Origin: Octopus sinensis
Lineage: Eukaryota
Reading direction: 5' to 3'
Length of the DNA stretch: 64,000 bases
Assembly: GCF_006345805.1 (NCBI RefSeq)
Contig: NC_043000.1
Location: 42,966,001-43,030,000, forward strand
Made by a program: the position numbers and the translations under genes. Numbering within the stretch: the first letter of the stretch is position 1; the number at the start of each line of letters is the position of its first letter. The notes beneath the pieces were generated by a model. The model did not search any database, was not told the origin of the DNA, and saw only the letters and a list, made by a program, of their open reading frames with translations. Of the stretch, positions 26,661 through 41,337 are shown piece after piece.

Positions 26661-27206
26661 TGGATATATAAATAGCAAATTACTCTCTCTCTTCTCACTG
26701 TTCTTTCTCAGAACGATTTTCCTTCCTTATGTCTTTTTCTTTCTTTTTTATAATTATCCTTTTTAGTCATGCTGGGCAAAATGCTTAGCGGCATTTTGTC
26801 CATCTTTACATTTTAAGTTCAAATTCTGCCATGGTTGACTTTGCTTTTAATCCTTTTGGGGTCAATAAAAGAAGTAACAACTGAACACTGGTGTTGATGT
26901 AATCTACTTACCAACACTTCTACTAGAATTGCTGGCCTTGTACCAAAAGTTGTAATCATTAATATATTTCATTTTGATTAGTTATTTTTATCTCAACCAT
27001 AACTCTACTTTTAATCTTACTCATACCAACAGTATATATTTTACATAGTTTTTCCATTCAATGATTGTTTACATATATTTTTCTGTTATGATCAGCTCCC
27101 TTTTCATCCTACTGTATGCCATTCTTTGAAAAGTCATTGCCCAGTCAGCTCAAATTTCTCATTTGTTGAATTGGTATCCATAAATTCTAATATATATATA
27201 CATACG

Positions 27207-27500
27207 GAGGTGCAATGGCCCAGTGGTTAGGGCAGCAGACTCGCGGTCGTAGGATCGCAGTTTCGATTCCCAGACTGGGCGTTGTGAGTGTTTATTGAGC
27301 GAAAACACCTAAAGCTCCACGAGGCTATGGCAGGGTGGTGGTGGCGATCCCTGCTGTACTCTTTCGCCACAACTTTCTCTCACTCTTTCTTCTGTTGGCC
27401 TGCTCGCTTAGACAGCCGGGTGGCGTCGTTTGAAGGCTAAAACAATGCAAAGTGCATTGTGACCAGCGATGTGTAGCAACATCTGATAGCCTGGTCGGTC
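27207..27500 (+). mobile_element. tRNA-derived SINE (family C)
   Basis: A-box TGGCCCAGTGG and B-box GTTTCGATTCC followed by non-tRNA body. Partial relatives at about 24430 and 37430. Confidence 0.75.
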
Positions 27501-27662
27501 ACAGTGATATATATATATATACATATATATAGGCACAGGTGTGGTTGTGTGGTAAGAAGCTTGGTTCCCAACCATATGGTTTCAGGTTTAGTCCCTTTGG
27601 ACAAGTGTCTTCTACCAAAGCCATGTGAGTAGATTTGGTAGATGGAAACTGAAAGAAGCCTG

Positions 27663-27713
<51 letters not shown>

Positions 27714-28059
27714 TATATTTGTGTATGTATGTCTGTGTTTGTCTCCCATCAGATGTTGGAGTGTTTACATCCCTGTAATTTAGCGGTTTGCCAAAAGAGA
27801 CCGACAGAATAAGTCCTGGGGTCGATTTGTTCAACCGAAGGCAGTGCTCAGGATGGCCGCAGTCAAATGTCTGAAGCAAGTAGAAGAATATACTCACAAT
27901 TTAAATAAATTTCTTTACAAGTCTGTACCATCACAACTGTCTAGTGACTGGTTATATGAGCTCCTGAGTAACTGTTTGTGAAAATTTTTCAGCTTCAATA
28001 ACACACACACATATATATATATACACACACTATATACATACACATATTTTTTTTTCTAT

Positions 28060-28640
28060 AATAATAATAATAATAATAATAATAATTGTGTACAGTGCTC
28101 AGGTGCACTACAACTCATCTAAAGTGTATATATAATCAGGTGTAGTTTCGGCGGATTTCGGAAAGCATGAGGGCCTTAAAAGATGCAGTGTCATGGCAGT
28201 CAACAACTGACGCAGGCAGTTTATTCCATGCTTCAGCAACTCTGAGCGTGAAAAAATGTTTCCGAAAGTCATGGGAGCTGTATTGTTTTCTGACTTTGTA
28301 GGCATGTCCACGTGTGTTAGACACATGGAGATCAAAAAGGTGTTCAGTGTTGTTGTTGGTGAGGTGGTTGATAACTTTGTGGGTGTTTACCAAGTCCGTC
28401 GCCAAACGCCGGAGCTTCAGTGAATCCATGCCCAGGGAAACAAGGCGCTCAGAATATGGTAGGTGTCTGATGGAGGGTATGCGTTTGGTTGCACGTCTCT
28501 GGACAGATTCCAGGAGGTCAATGTTCTGTGCAAGATAGGGGTTCCAAACTGATGATGCGAATTCCAAGTGTGGTCGTACCATAGCTGTATACAGTTTTAA
28601 ATAGATGGCTGGAGAGCAGATGGCTGGAGATGCAGCAGTT
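28060..28640 (-). mobile_element. CR1-clade LINE 3' end
   Basis: ORF LYTAMVRPHLEFASSVWNPY....LLESVQRRATK...YSERL..LGMDSL..RRL..DL...HK...TRGH.YK...FFT.RV..AWN.LP, with (TTA)n tail at about 28060-28086. Confidence 0.92.
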
Positions 28641-31600
28641 GAAAAAAATAGTGTCACTTTGGGGAGTGCAAGTTTATAAAATTAATAATCTCAAGCTTGT
28701 AGACCAGTTGAAGAACAGGCAAAATGCTTTAGTGAATTCTTATTTTAGTTTTTAAGCTTTTGTATCTGTTTCAAATTCCAATTCTTTGAAATCTGATATT
28801 TAATAAATCCGAATTAATAAATTTATTATTATGAAGATGGTGGTAGGGAACAGTGCATACTACACATCATTCAACTTCCACTTTTTCATGCTTGCATACT
28901 GCAGACAGAATTTGAAGATTTTCTATGGCTGGATGCACTTCCTATCACCAACACACACCAGTTTCCAAGTAGGGTAATATTTTACCATGGCTGAGATATA
29001 TTTTCATGGAAGAATGGAAATAGCACTCACTGCTTGTATGATGGTGGTGCTTGTTTACAACCATGTCATCAAGCCCAGGATACACGCAGACCACACACAT
29101 GCATATATCATATGATGAGCTTCTTTCAGGTTCCGTCTACCAAATCTGCTCGCAAAGCTTTGGCTGACTCAAGGCTATAAGTAGAAGATACTTGTCCATG
29201 GTGCAGTGCAGTAGGACTGAACCCGAGTAAGCTTCTTAACCACACAGCCACACCTGCAAATTTGCAGTGTAACAAATCAGTGAACTAAAGCAAATGTAGC
29301 TAGCCTAGAAGAAAACCCTAACAGATTAATTTTATGTTAATGCTATTGAAAATTTACATGAATTATGAAACATATGACTGCTTGTACATTTTATATATAT
29401 ATATGTATATATATGTATATATGTGTGTGTGTGTGCATTAATACCCATATGAGTATGCAAATATATATTGAAATACATATTCAAACATACAATACTTTGC
29501 AAATAGGTATGTATTTGCATAGTTTAAAAATTTAATAATATCCTTATTACAATAGTTACAAAGAATTTTTTTTTCAAGTGCATTAATTAGCTTATGTTGG
29601 TTAGTCACTGCAAGAGAATTTGTTTTCTTCCTATCAAAGAATTTTCCTGTTATTGGTGAAAATCCTCACTTCATGAAAATACATCAAAGAGTTACACTTA
29701 AATGAAAAACAGAAAATTGCACTTAAATTTACATTAAGAGAGGATGAGCTTTTGAACAAAATTCTATGAATAATTAAATGAAAAAGGAAAAACAACAGCC
29801 TTTTAAAAATTTGAATGTAAGTGAACAAGGGGGTCAATTATGCAGTCTGCAATAAGAAATTTTAAAATAAAAAACAAAACAAACAAGCTTTTGTTATGCA
29901 AAAATGATATTTTTAAAAATTGCCAACCTCCATTGAGCTTGAATAAATAAAATATTGTTTAGTAAGTTTATTCACTGAAACTTTGTAACAAATTATTTCA
30001 CCTTTGTATCTCATATTACTTTTCATGAGCTACATAGGAACCTCAAAAAAGTTTCAAGTTTAAAATGAATAAGTAAATAAATAAAAACTGATGCTCTAAC
30101 ATTTAATCATTAATATATCGTGGAATAAAGTTGCTTTTTGTCCCTTTATGAGTCAAATAAAATAAGTACCAGTCAAACACTGGGGTTGATGTAATCGACA
30201 TATCACCCCCTCCACCTGAAATCACTGGCTTTGTGCCAAAATTTGAAACCAATATATCTTGGAATAAAATTGGTTTAAGTGTGTCCAGAGATGGTAAACC
30301 ATCATAATTTGCTTTTTCTCCAAGAAACATCAGCAAGTTTTTTCTCAAAGAGCAGACTTATTCTATTTTGAAGACTCCTGCTTCTCATCTATACTCTGAG
30401 TTCAAATGCCAGTGGAATCAATATTATGCATTGGTAGTATTATAAGAGTATTGGACTATATACATGTATTTAATCCTCTTGTTACGGTATTATTGAAATA
30501 GTAATCCTTTGGTGTTAGGAAGGGCATCCAGCTGTAGAAACACTGCCAGATCAGACTGGAGCGTGGTGCAGCCTTCTGGCTTCCCAGATCCCCGGTCGAA
30601 CCGTCCAACCCATGCTAGCATGGAGAACAGACGTTAAACGACGACGATGATAATAATCCCTCGTCAAATTGCAGTTTATCAAAGCTTACATTGATTCCTG
30701 TGTGTTGTTGTTTTGCATTTATAAATAATAAAGCAAGTTTAATTTTCAAACAATCCAGATCCGGTCTCACATCTAACCTACAATGCTTTACTAAAAATAA
30801 ACAATAACATCATCATCAAAACAATGAATAAATTAGCATTACATTTAACAGAAATCTAAATGCTAAAGGACTAATGCATTTAAGTTTACAAATGTTGAAC
30901 CTCACAATCTGTTGTTAGGCTGCAAGACAGAAAAATAATCAAAACCATTCCAGCTGTGATGTTCCCTTATTTTTCCCCTATGTGCAAGGAACTTAAGACT
31001 ACCCTATCCATGCTGCTTTTAAAATTGTAAGGTACGACTTGTAGCTATTTCTAGGTTGTGATTTATCTGGAGGCTCTTACCAATGACATCTCATGCATTT
31101 GACTAATATTAAAAATGCATCCCAGACTTTACAGCCAATGGATATTTCAGCCACATTGGTAATTCAAGTAAAATCCACACAGGAGACATACATTAGCATT
31201 GAGTATTTGATACATACACACACATCTAAAATAAGAATATGGTTTATTCCACTTATGAAATATCAGAATTTCTAGTTCAGCTTACTCTCAGCTATTTCTA
31301 CAAATAGCCTTATTCTTCTGAACAAGAGAGCTATACAGCCAACCTTCTAGAAATTTTGTTCCCACCTTCATTTTATTTCTATGGGTCAAGTGTTTCTTTT
31401 GCAATTCATCAAGACTCCCAACTTGCCAACTGTAAGCATTGCACTTCCTCCTTATTAAGGAAAATTATTATATTACATAAAATTCTGTTACTAAAAGGAA
31501 TTTTGATTTAATAAAATCCTTGGGGGGAAAAAAAAATGTTGAGACATGGTTAATGCTTTTTAATGTAATTGACCAAGCACACATTTTCTTTATCATTTAA

Positions 31601-33159
31601 TGTGCTAGTGCCATGCTAAAAGCACCCAGCACACTGTAAAGTGGTTGGCATTAGGAAGGGCATCCAGTCAGAAACCAAGCCAATTGAGACTGGAACCTGG
31701 TGGAGCTCACCTGCTGTGGTCAAACAATCCAAACTATGCCAGCATGGAAAATGAAGAGAATATATTTAAACTTGTGTGTTCATGAGAACCATTAGCAATC
31801 AACCCCTACCTAGTTAAGGATACTCTTTTACTTGTTTCAGGCATTTGACTGCGGCCATGCAGGAGCACCACCTTTTAGTCTAGCAAATTGACCCCAGACC
31901 TTATTTTTTGTAAGCCTAGTACTTATTCTATCGGTTGTCAAGCGATGTTGGGGGCACAAACACATATACGATGGGCTTCTTTCAGTTTCCGTCTACCAAA
32001 TCCACTCACAAGGCTTGCCCAAAGTACCATGCAGTGGGACTGAACCCGGAACCACGTGGTTGGTAAACAAGCTACTTACCACACAGCCGAACTGTAAGTT
32101 TAATGTCATTGGTAATACATAATGTAGGCATCATACCCAGCTCACTAACTTTAATACCCAAAGTATATTCATAGAAAGAAGCATTCCACCCACTTTAATA
32201 AGTTTGAGTTGAAGCTTTTTCAGGAACATTCAATATTCATAAATGAATTTAAACACTTTTCCTAGAGAAGTTATAATTTCATTTTAGATATATAATTGAA
32301 TAACTGAAATAAATCTTGGAAAAAGCTCAGCCAATCAACCAATGTTTTGGGAGACAATATTAGAAAATGATTAACACGTTTAATCTTTATTTTTTTCCTT
32401 TGTTAAAAGAAATTTAATTTTCTATAATAATTTTAGCACCAAGACATTAGAAAACAGCTACAAATTGATCTGTGCCATTTGTTACATCTGTATGAGTAAA
32501 AGTTAGATCAGTGTAACATTATGCAGTAGAATGAAAATTAGTGGAAGCTGCTTATTATAATCAAGGATAATGTTATCACATGGGTATTGTTATTAAAATT
32601 AGTAGATAAACTCTTTATCAATTATCAGCTGATTATTATGAAAAATCTATCTCAAAAGAGATAACAAGGTGAATGCCACAAAGATGAACTGCAGTACTTA
32701 GTTATATTCTTTGAAATTAAGTTCAAATCCTTCAGGAGTGACCATTGTTGTTTATTACAGAGAAGGCAAAGAAGTACTGGTAATTTAGTCAATTTCATCG
32801 ATTGTTCCTGATATCAACACAAGTGTTGTTTCAATATATTAATATAAGTCAATATTGTTGTCTTAAAAAAAAGACATTGCCAGTATTTTCTTTGCAATTG
32901 ACAAAGGACATCTTTCATTATAAGATCCAGCTTTCTATGCTTGTATGGGTCGGACAAAATTTATCATAAGATTCTCTACAGCCACACGCCCATCCTGCTA
33001 CCAACCCTCACTTGTTTTCTGGCGATTGACTCCCTCATGAGTGGATATGTTTTCAAATAATGAACATGACAGCATTTCTATGATGGTGGCACTCCTCTAC
33101 AACTATCACACATTCAAAATGAGATACCCACACAAACACACATATATATATATATGTAG

Positions 33160-33545
33160 GTTGGGCAAAGTTCAAAAATGTTCAGAGCTACTACCTCCGT
33201 TAGTAACAAAGGGCCTCTCCTTCAGAGTAGAAGGCAGATTGTATGATGCCTGTGTACAAACAGCTATGCTACATAGCAGTGAGACTTGCTTGTGACTGCT
33301 GAGGCTTGAAAGAAATGAAGCCAGTATGCTCCATTGGATGGATAATGTCAGTGTGCACACAAGACAGTGTAAATGATTCGAGGGTAAAGTTGGGTACAGA
33401 GTATCAGATGCTACATGTAAGAGAAGACTGTGCTAGTATGGCCATGTAATGCATATGAAAACAATTGCATCAAGGAGTATTGAACTCTAATCATGGAGAG
33501 AACATGTGGAAGGAAGACATAGAATGATGTGGTGAAAAAGGATCT
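33160..33545 (+). mobile_element. RTE-clade LINE C-terminal fragment (decayed)
   Basis: LPPLVTKGLSFRVEGRLYDACVQTAMLHSSET matches the post-RT region of RTE. Confidence 0.7.
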
Positions 33546-33824
33546 TCAGACTTCTGGTGATTTGCTAAGTAAATATGTGGTCATCCTTGTATGCATCCCT
33601 CATCTTGCAGCTTTGTGGGTGGTGGTGCCACATAAGAGCACACAGTACACTGTAAAGTGGTTGGCATTAGGAAGGGCACCCCATTGTAGAAATCATGCCA
33701 AAACAGATATAAAGCACAGGCAGCTCTCCAGCTCTGGTAAAACTGTTCAACCCATGCCAGCATGAAAAATGAAAAGAGTCAGTAATTGCAGACCAATAGC
33801 CTACCTGACATCTTTTTCCGTCTG

Positions 33825-34649
33825 TATAATTCTATAGTTCATCTTAATTATATATCGTTGTCTCACGTCTTGTGTTAAATATATATTTAATCTTATAGCT
33901 TGCCTCTAATTTTATCGATCAGTCTCACGCCTCGTAGATATAGAATAAATGTATTTATAATTTATAGCTCTTTATCGCTCACGCTTCTCCCATAGATTAG
34001 GCAAAATTTAGGTATTTATACCTACTAATAAATATTTCTCTCCTAAGAAAGGAATGGCTGCCGGTTTTCGCGGGCCACGACCCCTCCCCCCTCTCGTTCC
34101 TCTTCAATTGTCTTCTATCTCTTTCGATCGCCATTCGACTCCCCTTCTCCACCACCCTATATGCATATAAACCAGCGACTGTTTTTAACGGCCCCACTTG
34201 AATTCAATCTGTTGCCGACTTCCTACGAAAAATACGAAAATGAATCCAAGTTAAGCAATCTAAATTTAATTTCATCCCGTACCTACTTATCTATCTGCAA
34301 TTGATCTGATCTTTTAGTTAGCCGTGTTTTATCTCTATTATTATTATGACTTGTGTAATTTAGTCTCACGCCTCGTTTTTTTTTTTATTTTTTTATATGT
34401 ACATATAATTCTATAGTTCATCTTAATTATATATCGTTGTCTCATGTCTTGTGTTAAATATATATTTAATCTTATAGCTTGCCTCTAATTTTATCGATCA
34501 GTCTCACGCCTCGTAGATATAGAATAAATGTATTTATAATTTATAGCTCTTTATCGCTCACGCTTCTCCCATAGATTAGGCAAAATTTAGGTATTTATAC
34601 CTACTAATAAGTATTTCTCTAAGAAAGGAATGGCTGCCGGTTTTCGCGG
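33825..34649. repeat. About 248-bp direct repeat (33825-34073 and 34404-34649)
   Basis: tataattctatagttc...ggctgccggttttcgcgg occurs twice, near-identical. Confidence 0.9.
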
Positions 34650-34889
34650 TGCACCCGCCCTCCCACCCCCTCCACCGGTACAGGAAGTCCTAAATTTTCT
34701 CATCCTTGTCTCTCTTGTACACTTCAAAGTCTTACGCCACCCTCACCCCCTACCATAAAAGGTAGTGGTCATTCATTGCAAGATACACTTCAAGTCTTAC
34801 GCCACCTCCACCTCCTTCCATAAAAGGTAGTGGTCATTCATTGCAAGATATGTTTAGTATTGTGTACGTGGTTTGAACTTAAGTTCTAT

Positions 34890-37085
34890 TGTTTGTCTAT
34901 GAATCCTGCCAAACGCGAGTTTTCTTTTCAGGTCCATGACGCTACTAGGGCCAATACCACCCCCACCCACAGGGTTGGCACCCTGAAAGGCAGATCTGGC
35001 GAGATCGTTGAATTGCTTGAACGGAGGTGGGTTGATATATGCTGCATTCAAGAAGTGAGGTGGAGAGGAGGTTCTGCTAGGTTCCTCACAGGTAAAGGAC
35101 AGAGGTACAAGATTTTCTGGGCTGGGAATACTGACGGGGTCGGGGGTGTGGGCATGCTTATCGCCGAAAAATGGGTAGATAAGGTAATTGAGGTAGTTAG
35201 AGTATGTGACAGAATAATTAAGATTAGATTAGTGCTCCATCATAGTTTAGCAACTATTATATCGGCCTATGCCCCTCAGCCAGGGCTACCTGATGGACAG
35301 AAAGACTGTTTCTATGACACCCTACTGCATACCACATCATTGACGAGCGACAGGGACCTTCTCTTTGTGGCTGGTGACTTCAATGGGCATGTTGGACGAT
35401 GTGCTGGGGGGCTTCCATGGCGTGCATGGAGGCTACGGTTATGGTTCCCGCAACGAGGAGGGAACCAGGCTGCTGGAGTTCTGCGATGCGAATAGTCTTA
35501 TGGTTTGCAACACTAACTTCAGGAATCCGACAAGCCACCTGGTCACCTACCGATCGGGCCGGCATACTAGCCAAATCGACTACATCCTTGCCAGAAAAAG
35601 GGAAAGATGGCTGCTTATAAATGCCAAAACCTTCCCAGGCTAAGAATGCACCCTACAACATAGACTGGTAGTTAGTGACTTTAGGATCAGGACTAAGAGG
35701 GCGACCAACATGGAGAAGAAGGGTCTGGATGCTTAAAGACCCTGTGAATGGACAGAGATTTAGAGACATGTTACTTGAAGCCTTTGACGAAATGGAAGGG
35801 GGTATAGCTACGCAGGGGGTAGAAGACAACTGGATGCTTCTGAGGGACAACCTGCTGAAAGCCACTGACCAGATCTGTGGCTGGTGCAAAGTCCCCTTAA
35901 GACCCAAAATAACGTGGTGGTGGAACAGTATTGTTGACAGGGCTATAAGACAAAAGAAACAGGCTTGGAAGGCCTGGAAGAACGGTGGTAGCAGGGAAGT
36001 GTATCAGATTGCCAGAAGGGAAGCTAGGAGACAGGTCTATCTAGCCAGAGGGGAGGCAGATAAGGAAAAATTTGCCAATGTCTTGTGCCGTGAGGATGAA
36101 AGACTTGAGGTATTTCGTGTTGCAAGACAGTGTGTGAGAGAGAATCGTGACGTGGTAGGAGAGAAATGTGTTCGCAAGGATGACGGTTCACTTGCGCTAA
36201 ATGAGGATGCAAAGAGAGAGGCTTGGAGACGCCACTATGAAAGGTTGCTGAATGAGGAAAATGAATGGGATAAAGAGAGTCTGCCGATGTCGACCCAACA
36301 GAGAGACCAGCAATCCAGTTAACAGTTCCTTAGTAGATAAGGCAATTAGAAGCATGAAAACAGGGAAAGCCCCAGGCCCATCAGGAATTACTGCAGAGAT
36401 GCTCAAAATATCTGGTAGTGTCGGCTATAGCTTAGTCACCCGTTAGTTAACCAGGTGATACACGAAGGAGTCATACCCAATGACTGGTGTAGCAGCATAA
36501 TAGTCAACTGCTACAAAGGTAAGGCGACGCCCTAGATACAAATAACTACAGGGGCATCAAGCTGCTGGATCAGGTAATGAAGGTTACGGAAGGGTTATAG
36601 CCAATTAATTAAAGAGAGAGTTAGCTTAGATGATATGCAGTTTGGGTTCGTGCCAGGGAAAAGTACTACTGATGCTATATTCCTGGTAAGACAGCTGCAG
36701 GAGAAATACCTAGCCAAAGATAAGCTCTTGTACCTCAAAACAAATCAAAATAGATGAACATCAATGGAATTTGTATCTTTGTGGTACCAGTGCCGGTGGC
36801 ACATAAGAAAACCATCCGAACGTGGCGGTAGCCAGTACCGCATCGACTGGCCTCCGTGCTGTGGGCACGTAACAAACACCATCCGATCGTGGCCTTTCGC
36901 CAGCCTCGTCTGGCACCTGTGTCGGTGGCACATAAAAAACACCACCCGAGCGTGGCCGTTCGCCAGCCTCGTCTGGCACATAAAATCACCCACTACACTC
37001 TCGGAGTGGTTGCCGTTAGGAAGGGCATCCAGCTGTAGAAACACTATGGAAAACGGACGCTAAATGATGATGATGATGATGATGA
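34890..37085 (+). mobile_element. RTE-clade LINE with APE endonuclease, RT N-terminus and 3' tail; RT core missing
   Basis: RVGTLKGRSGEIVELLERRWVDICCIQEVRW...GVG...SAYAPQ...GDFNGHVG...SQIDYIL (APE); GKAPGPSGITAEMLK...NYRGIKLL...QFGFVPGKSTTDAIFLVRQLQEKYLAKDK, then a jump at about 36735 to a repeated 3' sequence ending in (GAT)n. Several frameshifts and stops. Confidence 0.9.
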
Positions 37086-38302
37086 ATGAGGTTGTAGAAA
37101 CATTACAAAAATTTATGATTGTTCAATGTATGAGGAACTGAATTAGGTTATAGTGAAAGCTAAAACCTAGGGATTTAACCCACAGATGTTGTGCTAGACA
37201 AGACCCAACAACAAAATGGTGAAATGATGTTGGAATCAATGTTTAGATATACACAATTTATTTTCATAAGCAGACTAGCACATTTTTATACTTGTTAAAT
37301 TTCTTTGCAGAATTATTGAATCAGTTTTACTTGCACATCTGCAGTTGTGTCAGGTGTAATACCTAAATATTGATTTAGAGATAGCAACAGGATACAGGAG
37401 TCATATACATACATACATGTATGTGCAGGCACATGGCCTAGTGGTTAAAGCAGCAGACATGTGGATTCGAATATCAAACCGGGTAATGTGTGTGCTTATG
37501 AGCGAAACACCTAAGCTCCATGCGGTTCCAGCAGAAGGTAATGGCGAACTTCTGCCGACTCTTTCTTTCATTCTTTCCTCCCGCACCTTGCAGCTAAACT
37601 AAGACGGACTGGCAAGGAAACCGGCCCTTATGAGCCAGGGATGGTTTGAGAAGGAACAAACATATATATATATATATATCTATCTCATCATCTTCGTTTA
37701 GCGTCCGCTTTCTATGCTAGCATGGGTTGGACGGTTCAACTGGGGTCTGGGAAGCCAGAAGGCTGCACCAGGCCCAGTCTGATCTGGCAATGTTTCTACG
37801 GCTGGATGCCCTTCCTAACGCCAACCACTCCGTGAGTATAGTGGGTGCTTTTTACGTGCCAGACAAGGCTGGCAAATGGCCACGATCGGATGGTGCTTTT
37901 TACGTGCCATATAACTCATTTCAGTTATCAGACTGATCATAATTTTTGTTTCAGTTTCTTTCTGCCTATGACTAAAAACCTTTAAAATGTATTGTGGCAT
38001 GAACATTTGTCACACCCTAACAAAATACATTACCATTTGTTTTTACTCAATATTTTTTCCCCATTCTCTCACGTATGTCTTTCTAACAAAGTATGTTGCT
38101 AGACTTTTATGGGGAAATATGTTTATATCATTCTGTGTCACGTTTGTTCTTTTTTCCTTTCTTTAACACTGCCATGAAGAACTTTTAGTTTGATGAACCT
38201 AACCTGTAACTTATTTCATCAGTCTCTTTTACTGAACTGGCACGTTAGAGGAATGGAAATACACCAATACCTATTGTCAAGCAGTGGTGGGGGACTAACA
38301 CA

Positions 38303-38346
<44 letters not shown>

Positions 38347-39155
38347 CTTTTATACAACAGGTATCTTACAGTTTCCATCTAGCAAATTCATTCAGAAAGC
38401 TTTGGCTGGCCTGAGGCTTTGTGACAAATAAGTTTCAATATTTGAAACAATTTTGGCTCATTTAACCATTTAGCATTACAGCTAGCCATATCCAACCCAA
38501 ATAGTTTACTTATGCTCAGGCCAGCCAGAGCTGGCCTTTCACATCTACCCTACAATGTTATTCTTTCCATGGGTTGGATGATTTGACTGAGGTCTGACGA
38601 ACCAGATGGCTGCACCAGACTCCAATCTGATCTGGCAGAGTTTCTACAGCTGATCAGATTGGAGTCTGGTGCAGCCAAAGGGTTAAGCTATAATAAAAAG
38701 GAGCACACAAGTACACAAAATGTAGTAAGCCAAGAAATTTTAATTACTTAAAATTACAGCTTAAATGATGAGCAAAGTGAGTATCTAACTAATTCTAATT
38801 AAGTAAATAAAAAAAAAGGCTTAATCTCAATTAAATGTGGAATGTACAGGCAAATGTTTTTATTTAATTTATTGCAATACATAATGAAATAACATTTTAA
38901 CCTCTAAAAAGAAAGGAAAAAAAAAAAAAAGGATACCCAGACAAAAAACTAATATTTATGTATAGATTAACCGCTAATGTTTTTTAACAATCAGTTATTT
39001 TAAACAATCTGAGAGAAAACAAATTCAAATGAATGCCTATAAAGGCAGCTGGCTGTGTTAATAGTATTGGCTAAATCTTAGTTTTTTTTAACACAAAGTG
39101 GATGTGTTTCTTTTGAATTCCAACTTACTTTATATATTATAAAGCATGTCAGAAT

Positions 39156-39188
<33 letters not shown>

Positions 39189-39837
39189 ATCTCAAGCTTA
39201 GAAGGTTGAATAAACTCTTCATACTCATTCTTCAGTTTTCGACACTCAGAGTTGTGATCACACCAAAGTCATCAAAATGAGTTTATTCAATAATAATACT
39301 GCAACGGATCTTATCTATATACTGATGTGTGTGTGTGTGTGTGTGTGTGTGTCAGCCTTCAGGAAGAGGACAGGAAAAAAAACTAGTTATACCCCGTTAA
39401 AGTGTCAGATCACCAGCTATGATCTGAAATACAAGATTACACGTACACACACCAACAGAATTTTCAGAGAAACCATGAACACATTGTTTAATGTCTGTTT
39501 CCCATGCTGGCATGTATGCATATGATGGGCTTCCCAACCGTTTCCATCTAGTAAATTTACTCACAAGGCATTAGTTGGCCAGGGGTTATAAGAAAACACT
39601 TACCCAAAGTGTTGCACAGTTATACTGAACCCAAAACCAAGTTACATAAGCACATTGCCATGCTTGCATCTATACCTGCACACACCCATTATATCTATGT
39701 TTTTAAAAAATATAAGTTAAAAATCAGAGATCAATATATCTACAGTAAACTTTCCACTAGATAGTTACTGTCATCCAAAAAATTCAAGTTTATTTACATA
39801 AAAATTAAAATAAAGCAGTATAATTTTTTAAATTCCA

Positions 39838-39921
39838 TTATAAACTTTGGCTTTCCTCAGTAGATGTAGCATCAGCAGACCCTTCTTTGTCTTCTGTATT
39901 TTCTGTTTCATCAATGGCAGA
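39838..39921 (-). CDS. GMNN: Geminin-like, coding exon 5 (last): SAIDETENTEDKEGSADATSTEESQSL*
   Basis: Acceptor tatgtttcag, phase 0, TAA at 39840-39838, acidic tail as in geminins. AATAAA on the minus strand at 39789-39794, with further ones near 38860. Confidence 0.8.
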   Translation of the reverse strand, partial: SAIDETENTEDKEGSADATSTEESQSL

Positions 39922-41337
39922 CTGAAACATATACATTTTTAAAAAAGTGTAAAAGATATTTCACAAGTCAGGTTGTATTTTTTCATTTAAAAACAATAAG
40001 AAATTGTTTATTTTCATTGACCCTTTTCCTACCATATTTCTGTTAGAACTTTTCCATATGCTGCTCTTTGGAACTTTAATACAAAGTAGTTTGAAAGAGG
40101 ATGTTTGTATGAGACTCAGAATCAGTCTCAGGCAGGTTGGTATAAAAAAAAAAACGTTAACCCTTTCATGACTATATTTCAATAATAGATATCTTACATA
40201 CATGGCAAGATTTTCAAATGTTTGACGAGGGAAAAGTTAATTTTATCAACAAGTACAATGAAAGATAAAGTCAGCCCCAGTAGGATTTGATATTAGAATG
40301 CAAAGCACTGGAAGTGAAGACTATTGTTGTTGCCAGATCAGCCAATTTCAACAACAAATATATTCCCCCCGTTTTTCCATTCATTTTGCAAATATCAAGA
40401 ATGGAGCAATTTACTAAAATCTATTTTATTAGTAAGCTGGTGTTTAAAGCAAATTGAGTACAAATTCCTTAACTTGTGATAGAAAGTTTTTACTTCAAAT
40501 ATAATTTAATAAAATGACTAGTTTTATATCTTAAGCTAGTGGAATTCTCAAGCTGGTTGTGCTAAAAAAAGGGTTGAAAATATGAGATTCAAGCAGGCAT
40601 AATGATTGTATGTGTTTATTGTAGTGCACACTTGCTGACTAGAGAGAGAGAGAGGCACATAAAAAGCACTCACTACACTTTTGGAGTTGTTAGGATTAGG
40701 AAAGACATTCAGCCATAGAAACCTTGTCAAATCAGATTGAAATCTGGTGCAGCTTCCCGGCTTACAGTCAAACTATCCAACCCATACGAGTATGGAAAAT
40801 GGATGTTAAATGAGGATGATGATGCAGATGTGTGAGGCAGTGGAATCAAACCTTAGGAGCTCATAACTGTAAAGTGGACTGATTATTTAATGAAGCTTGT
40901 GCTAAATGACAACACTACTGATGACTCAACAAGTCTCTACATGGTTGCCCAACTTGCAAGAAAGAGCACACAAATCATCTTCAAATCACATCTAACTATT
41001 CCAAGATATGCATATCAAACGATGTAGTTCTGAATGTACAAAAAGTTGAGACAGTTATAGAGGGAAAGACAAGAGGTTTGCTCAATCAACAACAACTAGA
41101 TGCAGCAGCTACACTTTTGATACCAACACTCATGAACCGGTCAGTTTCTATGATACAAAACTACCCATTTTGGTATGTTTACAATGAAATTAAAAACTTC
41201 TGTCATAACCCTTTGTTATAAATACCAAATACTAGCTTAATAAAGAAAAATTTAATTATTTTACTAAACCACTCAGGCAATGTACTCCAGAAATATGGAA
41301 AAACAGTTTTTAAGGGGAAATGTGTTTTAAATTTTAC

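Noticed and set aside
27207-27285. Possible tRNA genes at SINE heads (also 51291, 4580)
   Set aside because: A/B boxes are present but there is no complete cloverleaf, and they continue into repeated SINE bodies.
34050-34100. HDV-like ribozyme in the RTE 5' region
   Set aside because: Only a P3/L3-like ccg-gttttcg-cgg is visible; I could not build P1, P2 and P4.
33823-34652. TRIM or mini-LTR element (both repeats can be drawn TG...CA)
   Set aside because: No matching TSD, no PBS, and similarity extends past the putative ends.
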